IMG/VR virus record: IMGVR_UViG_3300032320_001659
Span: 1 to 50,064 of that record
Source: a virus
Taxonomy: Duplodnaviria; Caudoviricetes
DNA: 50,064 bases
Direction: 5' to 3' (one strand)
Position numbers and translations under genes: made by a program. Under the pieces are notes generated by a model that was not told where the DNA came from, did not search any database, and saw only the letters and a list, made by a program, of their open reading frames with translations. Shown in pieces: positions 27,632-36,243 of the stretch (positions are counted from its first letter, which is position 1; each line of letters opens with the position of its first letter).

Positions 27632-29494
27632 TCAAATCATTCTTCTGAATTTAAAGCTATATAAAACCGAAGCTGTGCAATTTATTGTACCGGATATTTG
27701 AAGTTTTAAATCTTTATTATTTGAAGTTTCTGTTCTCTGTACTCTAAGGAACAATGCACCTGATCCTGGACCTTGTCCAGCTCTATGTAAAATAATCTCA
27801 TCAAAAATTGTAGAATCTGTATCAGATGAATACCAAGACATTAATCCAGTATAATATTCATTAACGTGGCCACCACCAACTATATTGTCATTTGCTTTAA
27901 TTTGTACAATATAAGTTCCAGTTGGTAATGATGTTGAAAAGATTGGTGTGTCTTGCCAATTTTCTGTAATTTGAAGAAATGCATTCATCTCATAAATCTG
28001 ATCAACATTTGTTCCGGTAGTCAATACAAGCCCACCATGTGTAATTGTATTGAAATTAACATTTGATGTTGTGTTTAAATCTTGATTATATGTTGTAGCA
28101 GTATTTGTAAATGTAATTGATTTTGGATTTGTGTTAGCATTTGTTGTAATTGACATACCAGATCCAGCAATGAATCTCATTGCATCCAATCCATTTGCAA
28201 TTAGATCAGCTTGACCATCAACTTTCCAAGTTTTGAAAATAGAATTCATTTTGATACTTGCTAGTCCATTACCTAGACCAACAACATCAAATCCAGAATT
28301 TGAATCAAATCTTAAAGATGTTACACTGTTTACTGTGTTTGAAATGTTTCCATCATTATCAATTAGACCAGTAGTAATACCTGCCCATGCTGTTTTTTGT
28401 AGAGTTCCATTTGGAAATGTAATAGTATTTGAAGTATTAAATGACCAAATGTTGTTGGCGCTTTTTAATTTTATTGCATCATTACTTGAGGTAATTGTCG
28501 TATTTTCAAATGTAAGATTTCCTGTACCTGCAAAATTGGTACCCGAAATTGATATGGGTTGAGAAAAACTAAGCTCACCCGCTTCAGTTGTAGCTATTCT
28601 AACATTACCAATACTTAAAGATGGAACGATTAAAGTATCATCATTACTAGCAGCTATTCTAACATTACCAATACTTAAAGATGGAACGATTAAAGTATCA
28701 TCATTACTAGAACTAAGTTTTAATCCACCAATATGTAATGAATTTCCACTAAGATATAAATCCCTAAATCTTAGAGATGGGGAACCTAAGTCGTATGCTG
28801 TATCAATACTAGGAATTATATGTTGAGTGGAAGCGTTTCCTGTTAATGTTATTCCATTAAATGAAACTGAATTTGAAGTATTTAATCTTTGATCAAATGG
28901 ATTATTAGCTTTTTCATATGCTGATTGTGCTAATACACTAACATTTGATATATTAGTATTTTGTGTTAAATCAACACTTCTAACATAATTTATACTATCA
29001 TTAGCAGCAATTAAAAGATCCAGTAGATAAGCTGTATTTGAAGATGTATAAACTATATTAGCTCTATCGAATGCTGCTTGTAAATTTGTGCTAATATTTG
29101 CTAAACTACTATTTTGGTATGAATCGATACCCAAAATATAAGATATGATATTATTCGCTGCGTTTAAACCAACTTGCAGATTTGTTATATTGGTATTTTG
29201 TGTTAGATTTACATTTTGTATATTTGTTATACTAGTATTTTGTGCTAAATCAACACCTCTAATATAATCCATATTAGCGTTAGCGGTAGTGGAACTACCA
29301 CCACCATAGCTAATTGCAACTGCTTTTGGTGAATCTGGAGAAACAACAGACACATTGATTTGATTATCAATACCAATGTTGACTTTTTCTACTTTTTGTG
29401 TATTAACACCAGCATTACCAGCGTTATTATTTACTGATACTTTAATCGATGGATTATCAACTACTACGTTGACTTTTCCTATTTTATCAGTCAT
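27632..29494 (-). CDS. Fibre/structural protein with coiled-coil (QNTNI) and beta modules
   Basis: QNT.I repeats, YDLGSPSLRFRDLYLSG motif typical of phage fibres, and a tandem 20-aa duplication. Confidence 0.6.
   Translation of the reverse strand: MTDKIGKVNVVVDNPSIKVSVNNNAGNAGVNTQKVEKVNIGIDNQINVSVVSPDSPKAVAISYGGGSSTTANANMDYIRGVDLAQNTSITNIQNVNLTQNTNITNLQVGLNAANNIISYILGIDSYQNSSLANISTNLQAAFDRANIVYTSSNTAYLLDLLIAANDSINYVRSVDLTQNTNISNVSVLAQSAYEKANNPFDQRLNTSNSVSFNGITLTGNASTQHIIPSIDTAYDLGSPSLRFRDLYLSGNSLHIGGLKLSSSNDDTLIVPSLSIGNVRIAASNDDTLIVPSLSIGNVRIATTEAGELSFSQPISISGTNFAGTGNLTFENTTITSSNDAIKLKSANNIWSFNTSNTITFPNGTLQKTAWAGITTGLIDNDGNISNTVNSVTSLRFDSNSGFDVVGLGNGLASIKMNSIFKTWKVDGQADLIANGLDAMRFIAGSGMSITTNANTNPKSITFTNTATTYNQDLNTTSNVNFNTITHGGLVLTTGTNVDQIYEMNAFLQITENWQDTPIFSTSLPTGTYIVQIKANDNIVGGGHVNEYYTGLMSWYSSDTDSTIFDEIILHRAGQGPGSGALFLRVQRTETSNNKDLKLQISGTINCTASVLYSFKFRRMI
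28592..28710. repeat. Perfect 59-bp direct repeat, period 60
   Basis: agctattctaacattaccaatacttaaagatggaacgattaaagtatcatcattactag occurs at 28592-28650 and 28652-28710. Confidence 0.95.
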
Positions 29495-29500
29495 AATTTT

Positions 29501-29833
29501 TTATTTTGTTACCGATGGAGATACGTCTACTACACCTTCCAATATTCTTGTTGTTGTATTATTGTCACTTATGATGCAATCATAAACATATCTACCCGGC
29601 GCAATATTAGCAGTTTGAATGCTTGTTAATGATAAAGTTATTGTTGCAGATGAACTATTTATTGATGCAGTAAACGTAGCCGTGGGATTTGCTGAATAAT
29701 ATGATTTTCTTATTTGACTACTTGCAGTATAACCATTAAGATCATATGCATTACCGTAAACGTCATCCATCGTTATCGTGGTTGAAAACGTAGTACCTTG
29801 TTCTAACAAAAGATTAACGTATGCGGCAGCCAT
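29501..29833 (-). CDS. Small beta-sandwich virion adaptor protein
   Basis: NLLLEQGTTF, QIRKSY, GRYVYD and RILEG motifs of the type seen in T4-like cyanophage fibre regions. Confidence 0.65.
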   Translation of the reverse strand: MAAAYVNLLLEQGTTFSTTITMDDVYGNAYDLNGYTASSQIRKSYYSANPTATFTASINSSSATITLSLTSIQTANIAPGRYVYDCIISDNNTTTRILEGVVDVSPSVTK

Positions 29834-29861
29834 TTTATTATCCTGTTATTAGTTTTTTTAT

Positions 29862-31139
29862 CTATATATTTAGTAAACCAGGCAATCTTTCCATTCCATC
29901 TTTAATAGCTACAAGCCATGCTGAAGTTACGCATACATTTATTGATTTCATCCAATCATTAGGAAAGTATGTTTCTCTTCTATACTCTTGAAATCTAATT
30001 GTTTTATTATCAATAAAATTTGCCAGATATGAATTTGTATAGTATAAGAAGCAATTCTCATTCCAATAACTAACATGAGTAGGATCTTGAAATGCTCCTC
30101 TACCATCAGTACTTGGTACTTCAATGAATGCCCAACCACCAGGTGCTAATACACGATGAATTTCTTCCATAATTTTTGTTTTGTCATGCAAGTGTTCTAT
30201 AATATGAGAAGCATTTAAAACACCAACAGAATTATCAGGTAAAGGAATTCCATTATTCAAATCGTGAATACAATCTGCATCTTTTCTTAGATCAATTGAA
30301 TAATAATTTGGATAAGGATTCAAACCTCCACCAATATCAACTTTCAATAATCCTTTCGAATCAGCATCTTTTTCTGCTAATTTTTGTGCATATTGATTGT
30401 GTAATTCTCTTGTTTTTATTTGAATTTTCTCATTCATTATATCTATGGATGTATTATTTCCCGTGATTCTATAAATGTAAAGAATCTTTGGTACATAAAT
30501 CATTTTAGTTTTCAAGTATGTTCTAATACACAATTCGTGATCATCACACACATCTAAATCCTCATTGTGTCCACCAATAGAATGATAAGTAGAAGTTCTC
30601 CATGATCTAACATGATCTGGTGCGTACCATATGTAACACAAACTATGACTCGTCGGCTCAAAAGAATTCATTGAAATTAAATCTTTTCCTTTCCAATTGA
30701 ATTTTTTGTAAGTCCAACCATAATCAGGATTAAAAGGAACAAAAGTGTTTTTCATATCTAACATTGCACAATCGCTGTAGACGAAACCGATACTTTCATC
30801 TTGATATGCTATGTTTAATTCTTTTAAACAATCTGGTGTAAGCATATCGTCATGGTCTACTTCAACTAAAACATCACCTTCACCTAAAAAGAATGCTCTT
30901 CTTTTATTGGCACCGATACTGGTGCTTTCAATTTTTGATTTATGAACATTTACTCGAATATCATTCTTAATTTTTTCTGGCAAATGATCAGGAGTAATTT
31001 TATTGTTGAGATATAAAATCCATTCCCAATTTTCATGTGTTTGTGAACAAATCGAATCGTATAATTCTATGAGAAATGGTAAATTTTTAGGATCGTGCGT
31101 CGGTGTAATAATACTAAATTTCAAATTTTTCATAATCAA
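29862..31139 (-). CDS. Glycosyltransferase family 2 fused to class I SAM-methyltransferase domain
   Basis: GT-A: FSIITPT and VEVDHDD (DxD). MTase: KVDIGGG, HIIEHL, EIHRVLAPGG and DPTH. Confidence 0.85.
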   Translation of the reverse strand: MIMKNLKFSIITPTHDPKNLPFLIELYDSICSQTHENWEWILYLNNKITPDHLPEKIKNDIRVNVHKSKIESTSIGANKRRAFFLGEGDVLVEVDHDDMLTPDCLKELNIAYQDESIGFVYSDCAMLDMKNTFVPFNPDYGWTYKKFNWKGKDLISMNSFEPTSHSLCYIWYAPDHVRSWRTSTYHSIGGHNEDLDVCDDHELCIRTYLKTKMIYVPKILYIYRITGNNTSIDIMNEKIQIKTRELHNQYAQKLAEKDADSKGLLKVDIGGGLNPYPNYYSIDLRKDADCIHDLNNGIPLPDNSVGVLNASHIIEHLHDKTKIMEEIHRVLAPGGWAFIEVPSTDGRGAFQDPTHVSYWNENCFLYYTNSYLANFIDNKTIRFQEYRRETYFPNDWMKSINVCVTSAWLVAIKDGMERLPGLLNI

Positions 31140-31684
31140 TCAAAAAAGAATAAATGTGTAAGTCTCCCGTCTTGCATACCTTGTCCAAAATAAGGACCAG
31201 CGGAATGTATACAGCGGGCATCCATGATAACCAATCTATTGTATATATTTGCTGCGGAATCCGTTATTTCAAACTTTGTGCTGTCCAGAAAACCACCAGA
31301 AAATGCATCACCTACATTTAATTCTCTTGAATCTCTTGTTCCATTTATTTTTGATCGATGTAATCTTGTACCAGATTCTATTGGTGCATTTGGAGTAAGA
31401 TATATCATTGCTGCCCATGTTTGATTGTCGTAATGATACACTTGAGGATCTTCAGCAGTACAAATTTGAAAACAGCCATTATATACATGGTCTTCAAAAT
31501 TATAAATTTTTTCAGACATAATCGATTCAAAAATTTCTTTTATACCATTTGGTCGATGAGGCTGAACGGATCGAAGACCTTTATACCATTGCAAGTCTTT
31601 TTTATATTCAACTGATAATGCAAATTTTCTCACATCATCCGGATCACTATAAAAGTCATCCACAATAAACATCCTTTTTCTCAT
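31136..31684 (-). CDS. 2OG-Fe(II) oxygenase-like protein (DUF6445-type)
   Basis: IVDDFYSDPD start, HYD (HxD), distal IHSA His and RLTHLFF Arg; stop overlaps the GT2 start. Confidence 0.75.
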   Translation of the reverse strand: MRKRMFIVDDFYSDPDDVRKFALSVEYKKDLQWYKGLRSVQPHRPNGIKEIFESIMSEKIYNFEDHVYNGCFQICTAEDPQVYHYDNQTWAAMIYLTPNAPIESGTRLHRSKINGTRDSRELNVGDAFSGGFLDSTKFEITDSAANIYNRLVIMDARCIHSAGPYFGQGMQDGRLTHLFFFD

Positions 31685-31699
31685 AATAAATCCTTACAT

Positions 31700-34600
31700 T
31701 TATTTTTTCAATTCATCGATTTCGTTTTTAAGCTCTTTGATTGCTTCAATTAAGATTGCTACAATATTAGCATACGATATCGTATAATATTCATCACCTT
31801 TTATTACAACTTCAGGTAAAACTTTTAGCACATCTTGAGCAATTAAACCAATGCTTGGTCGACCGTTAGTATCATTAAATGAAACTCCCTGCATATTTAT
31901 TATTTTGTCTAAAGCGTTTTCAAGATTTTTAATATTGAATTTTAATCGTCTATCTGAGTACGAAGTTATGTTGCCTGGTGCAGTTAAATCACCTGTTCCA
32001 GGATTAAACGTGAACGCTTGCGCTGTTGATCTTGCAGATGCAGTTTGATTTGATCCAGTCGCAGCAACAAATACAGGATAATATGTGGCAGATGTAGTAG
32101 TGTCTGCCGCATTTATTGCTGTTGAAGGTCCAGTTAAACCTTGATTGCCTTGAGCACCCTGGAATCCTTGAGCACCTTGAGTGCCCTGAACACCAATCCC
32201 AGTGGCACCTTGGGCACCTTGAAATCCTTGTGCTCCTTGAGCACCTTGAAATCCTTGTGCTCCTTGGGCACCTTGAAATCCTTGTGCTCCTTGGGCACCT
32301 TGAAATCCTTGTGCTCCTTGAGCACCCTGGAATCCTTGATTACCTTGATTACCTTGATTACCTTGAGCACCTTGAAATCCTTGAGCGCCCTGGAATCCTT
32401 GATTACCTTGAGCACCTTGTATTCCTGCGCCTACAAAAGTCCAAGATGCTAAAGTGCCTGAACCACCTGAATTAGTTATACTCAGTTCTAATGTATTACC
32501 TGTAAATGTATTAATAGTACCTTCAACAAAATTGGTTGGTGATACTGTTGCAAAAACTCTTACACGCTGACCAGCCACGAATGCTGTTTGTGTTGCAGAT
32601 AAATTTGTGGTAAAAGTTATACTTCCACTTGATGCGATAACTGCGGTAGTAGTTGACGTTAATCCACTATATCCTAATCCAAAAGCTCCTTGAAATCCTT
32701 GAAATCCTTGAGCACCTGTAGCACCCTGGAATCCTTGAGCACCTTGAGCACCCTGGAATCCTTGAGCACCTTGAGCACCCTGGAATCCTTGAGCACCCTG
32801 GAATCCTTGAGCACCTGTAGCACCTTGAAATCCTTGATTACCTTGAGCACCTTGAGCACCTTGTACACCCGCAGAAACAATGGTCCATGAAGAAATAGTT
32901 CCACTACCACCACTATTGGATATAGTAACTGTCATTGAAGTACCACTAAATGTAGCGATACTACCTTCAATAAAGTTAGCAGGTGTTGCGGTACTGAATA
33001 TCCTTACTCGTTGCCCTACTACAAATGCCGATGCTGTTGACGCCAAGTTTGTGGTAAGAGTAAATGTACCACTGGATGCAATGGTCTGACTACTAGTAGA
33101 TGTTAAACCACTATAGCCTAATCCAAAAGCTCCTTGAAATCCTTGGGCACCTTGAGCACCTTGGAATCCTTGAGCACCTTGGAATCCTTGAGCACCTTGA
33201 GCACCATTAGAACCAACAAAACCAGCAGTACCTTGAGCGCCCTGGAAACCTTGTGCTCCTTGAGCGCCCTGGAATCCTTGGTTACCTTGATTACCTTGGT
33301 TACCCTGAGGACCAATTAGTCCACTGCTATTTCCAATCCAATATCCTGCTGAATTGACAATAGCAGTAGTTCCAATGTTAATTCCAGCGTTTGCATAAAA
33401 AGAACTATTAATTTTTAATATTGATGTATTAACTTGAGAAATAGTACCATTTGCTAAAACTTCATCTGTAACTATTCTAGAAAATACGTTTGTATAAGTA
33501 TTTGCAATTTTCCAAGATTTATCTGTTTCTGTCCAACGAATTTCTGCGTTAGCACTTTGTCCTGGTCGATATAAACCAAATGAACCATCAGTTACAATTG
33601 CAAGCGTTGTTCCTAATATTAATGTGTTTGAAGCATACGTTGTTGTACCAGTAATAACAAGATTACCACGGGTTTGTACATCACCCTCTGCAATTAATTT
33701 TCCACCAATATAAACATCTTTTTCAATACCAACACCACCATCAACAATTAATGCACCAGTATCTTTACTTGTGGATTGTGTTGTACTTGATATGGATACT
33801 GAATTACTAATTGAAAGTGTACTACCGTTTATAGAAGATATAGCATTTGTGCGTAAAGATGTATTAGCTTGTAGAACATTAACAAATCCAGTACCAGTAA
33901 CACTTAAAGTTGCTGTATTAACTGATACATTTGATTGCACAACACTAGAAGATAATGTGCCTGTTACACTTAGAGTTCCAGTATTAACTGAAGAATTAGC
34001 TTGTAAGACATCAACAAAACCAGTACCTGTTGCTGATAAAGTTCTAGTATTTACAGAATTATTCGCTTGAAGAACGTTAACAAAACCAGTACCTGTTACA
34101 CTTAATGTTGCAGTATTAACAGAAGTGTTGGCTTGTAATACATTAACAAATCCAGTACCTGTAACACTTAATGTTGCAGTATTAACAGAAGAATTAGCTT
34201 GTAGAATATTAGTAAATGAATTACCTGCGACATTTAAATTTGATAAAGTCAATGATGATGAATTTAAAATCAACGAATTAGCTTGTAGAACATTAATATA
34301 ACCAGTACCAATAACACTTAATGTTGCTGTATTAATTGATGTATTAGCTTGTAAGACATCAACAAAACCAGTACCTGTTGCAGATAATGTTGCTGTATTA
34401 ACTGAAGAATTAGCTTGTAGGATATTAGCGAATCCAGTACCAGTAACACTTAATGTTCTAGTATTAACTGATGTATTAGCTTGAGATACATCAACAAAGC
34501 CAGTACCAGTGACACTTAGAGTTCCAGTGTTTATAGAAGTATTACCTCTAACAACATCAGAGAAACTTGTACCTGTTACAGATAGAGTTCTTGTATTAAC

Positions 34601-36022
34601 TGAAGAATTAGCTTGTAGAATATCAACAAAGCCAGTACCAGTGACACTTAGAGTTCCAGTGTTGATAGAAGTATTACCTCTAACAACATCAGAGAAACTT
34701 GTACCTGTTACACTTAATGTTCTAGTATTAACTGAAGAATTAGCTTGTAGGACATCAACGAATCCAGTACCAGTAACACTTAATGTTCCAGTGTTAACTG
34801 AAGAATTAGCTTGTATAATATTAGCAAATGCATTACCTGTTACAGACAAAGTTGCTGTGTTAACTGATGTATTAGCTTGTAGAACGTCTACAAAACCAGT
34901 ACCTGTTACACTTAAAGTTCTAGTATTAACTGAAGAGTTAGCTTGTAGGACATCAACAAATCCAGTACCAGTGACAGATAAAGTTCTAGTATTAACTGAA
35001 GAATTAGCTTGTAGGACATCAACAAATCCAGTACCAGTGACAGATAAAGTTCTAGTATTAACTGAAGAATTAGCTTGTAGGACATCAACAAATCCAGTAC
35101 CTGTAACACTTAATGTTCTAGTATTAACTGAAGAATTAGCTTGTAGAATATCAACAAAACCAGTACCTGTTGCTGATAATGTTCGTGTATTAACTGATGT
35201 ATTGGCTTGTAGGACATCAACAAAACCAGTACCTGTAACACTTAAAGTTCTAGTATTAACTGAAGAATTAGCCTGTATAATATTAGCAAATCCAGTACCA
35301 GTAACACTTAATGTTGCTGTATTAACTGAAGAATTAGCTTGTAGAATGTCTACAAAACCAGTACCTGTTGCTGATAATGTTCTAGTGTTAACTGATGTGT
35401 TTGCTTGTAGAATGTCTACAAAACCAGTACCAGTAACACTTAAAGTTCTAGTATTAACTGAAGAATTAGCTTGTAGGACATCAACAAATCCAGTACCTGT
35501 AACACTTAATGTTCTAGTATTAACTGATATATTAGACTGCACAGTATTTGCAGTTGCATTATATCTAATTAAAACATTACTCTTAAATTCTGCATTTCCA
35601 GTAACAAATAATACATTATCTAATGTTGTTGGTCCTATTACGTTTAGAGAAGCTCCAATATTTGCTGTATTTGATACAGATAATCCTGTATTTGGTCCTG
35701 TTGCAAATAAAGGACCTTGAATGTTTGCTTTACCTCCTGTAACAAGGCTAAATTCTGTATTCAATAAACTTGTTAGACCACCTACCGTTAATGTATTATC
35801 CACATAAACATTTGATTCCGGGCCTGTAGATTCTATTGTATTATAGAAAATAGATTTACCGTTTGCACGAATCGACGGTGTTCCATTTAAAATTAATACT
35901 CCAGTATCTTTAGTATAATCTTGTTTTGCTAAAGTATTATTTTCTCTAGCTAAATTTACTGTTACAGCTACCCATTCAAAGAATGTGTTGGCTGTGCTTA
36001 TAATTGATACTAGATTAGCCAT
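31700..36022 (-). CDS. Long tail fibre-like protein with 22-aa repeats, collagen segments and a C-terminal intramolecular chaperone (Peptidase S74)
   Basis: C-terminal SDRRLKFNI...GLIAQDV...LIEAIKEL; ~25 LQANSSVNTRTLSVTGTGFVDV repeats; three G-X-Q tracts. Confidence 0.88.
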   Translation of the reverse strand: MANLVSIISTANTFFEWVAVTVNLARENNTLAKQDYTKDTGVLILNGTPSIRANGKSIFYNTIESTGPESNVYVDNTLTVGGLTSLLNTEFSLVTGGKANIQGPLFATGPNTGLSVSNTANIGASLNVIGPTTLDNVLFVTGNAEFKSNVLIRYNATANTVQSNISVNTRTLSVTGTGFVDVLQANSSVNTRTLSVTGTGFVDILQANTSVNTRTLSATGTGFVDILQANSSVNTATLSVTGTGFANIIQANSSVNTRTLSVTGTGFVDVLQANTSVNTRTLSATGTGFVDILQANSSVNTRTLSVTGTGFVDVLQANSSVNTRTLSVTGTGFVDVLQANSSVNTRTLSVTGTGFVDVLQANSSVNTRTLSVTGTGFVDVLQANTSVNTATLSVTGNAFANIIQANSSVNTGTLSVTGTGFVDVLQANSSVNTRTLSVTGTSFSDVVRGNTSINTGTLSVTGTGFVDILQANSSVNTRTLSVTGTSFSDVVRGNTSINTGTLSVTGTGFVDVSQANTSVNTRTLSVTGTGFANILQANSSVNTATLSATGTGFVDVLQANTSINTATLSVIGTGYINVLQANSLILNSSSLTLSNLNVAGNSFTNILQANSSVNTATLSVTGTGFVNVLQANTSVNTATLSVTGTGFVNVLQANNSVNTRTLSATGTGFVDVLQANSSVNTGTLSVTGTLSSSVVQSNVSVNTATLSVTGTGFVNVLQANTSLRTNAISSINGSTLSISNSVSISSTTQSTSKDTGALIVDGGVGIEKDVYIGGKLIAEGDVQTRGNLVITGTTTYASNTLILGTTLAIVTDGSFGLYRPGQSANAEIRWTETDKSWKIANTYTNVFSRIVTDEVLANGTISQVNTSILKINSSFYANAGINIGTTAIVNSAGYWIGNSSGLIGPQGNQGNQGNQGFQGAQGAQGFQGAQGTAGFVGSNGAQGAQGFQGAQGFQGAQGAQGFQGAFGLGYSGLTSTSSQTIASSGTFTLTTNLASTASAFVVGQRVRIFSTATPANFIEGSIATFSGTSMTVTISNSGGSGTISSWTIVSAGVQGAQGAQGNQGFQGATGAQGFQGAQGFQGAQGAQGFQGAQGAQGFQGATGAQGFQGFQGAFGLGYSGLTSTTTAVIASSGSITFTTNLSATQTAFVAGQRVRVFATVSPTNFVEGTINTFTGNTLELSITNSGGSGTLASWTFVGAGIQGAQGNQGFQGAQGFQGAQGNQGNQGNQGFQGAQGAQGFQGAQGAQGFQGAQGAQGFQGAQGAQGFQGAQGATGIGVQGTQGAQGFQGAQGNQGLTGPSTAINAADTTTSATYYPVFVAATGSNQTASARSTAQAFTFNPGTGDLTAPGNITSYSDRRLKFNIKNLENALDKIINMQGVSFNDTNGRPSIGLIAQDVLKVLPEVVIKGDEYYTISYANIVAILIEAIKELKNEIDELKK
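33860..35540 (-). repeat. 66-bp tandem coding repeat, about 25 degenerate copies
   Basis: Period 66 measured at 34945 and 35011 (gtaggacatc). Confidence 0.93.
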
Positions 36023-36023
36023 T

Positions 36024-36242
36024 TTAACCTTTTTGTAATAATTGAACTAACAAATCTTTAATGGTTGTTAATTCTGATTTAATATCGTTAATTTCTGTTT
36101 TAACTTTATTTATCTCTTCTTTTTGATTTGTTAAAATCTTAACTTTAGCATAATACTCATCTCTTGCTGCTGTGTCCATATTTATTAATGCCATAGAATT
36201 TGTGTCTCTAACCAATTTTGTGCCAGGAATTTCAACTAACAT
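36024..36242 (-). CDS. Small coiled-coil protein downstream of VrlC
   Basis: LVRDTNSMALIN...EINDIKSELTTIKDLL; likely start is the ATG at 36242, right after the VrlC stop. Confidence 0.7.
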   Translation of the reverse strand: MLVEIPGTKLVRDTNSMALINMDTAARDEYYAKVKILTNQKEEINKVKTEINDIKSELTTIKDLLVQLLQKG

Positions 36243-36243
36243 A

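Noticed and set aside
33860-35540. Possible CRISPR array (66-bp periodicity)
   Set aside because: There are no unique spacers; the whole unit repeats, varies at synonymous sites and lies in frame within a fibre gene; no cas genes are present.
34509-35720. 403-aa plus-strand ORF (and 33771-34070)
   Set aside because: Antisense shadow of the 66-bp coding repeat; it stays open only because the repeat unit lacks stops, and it has no expression signals.
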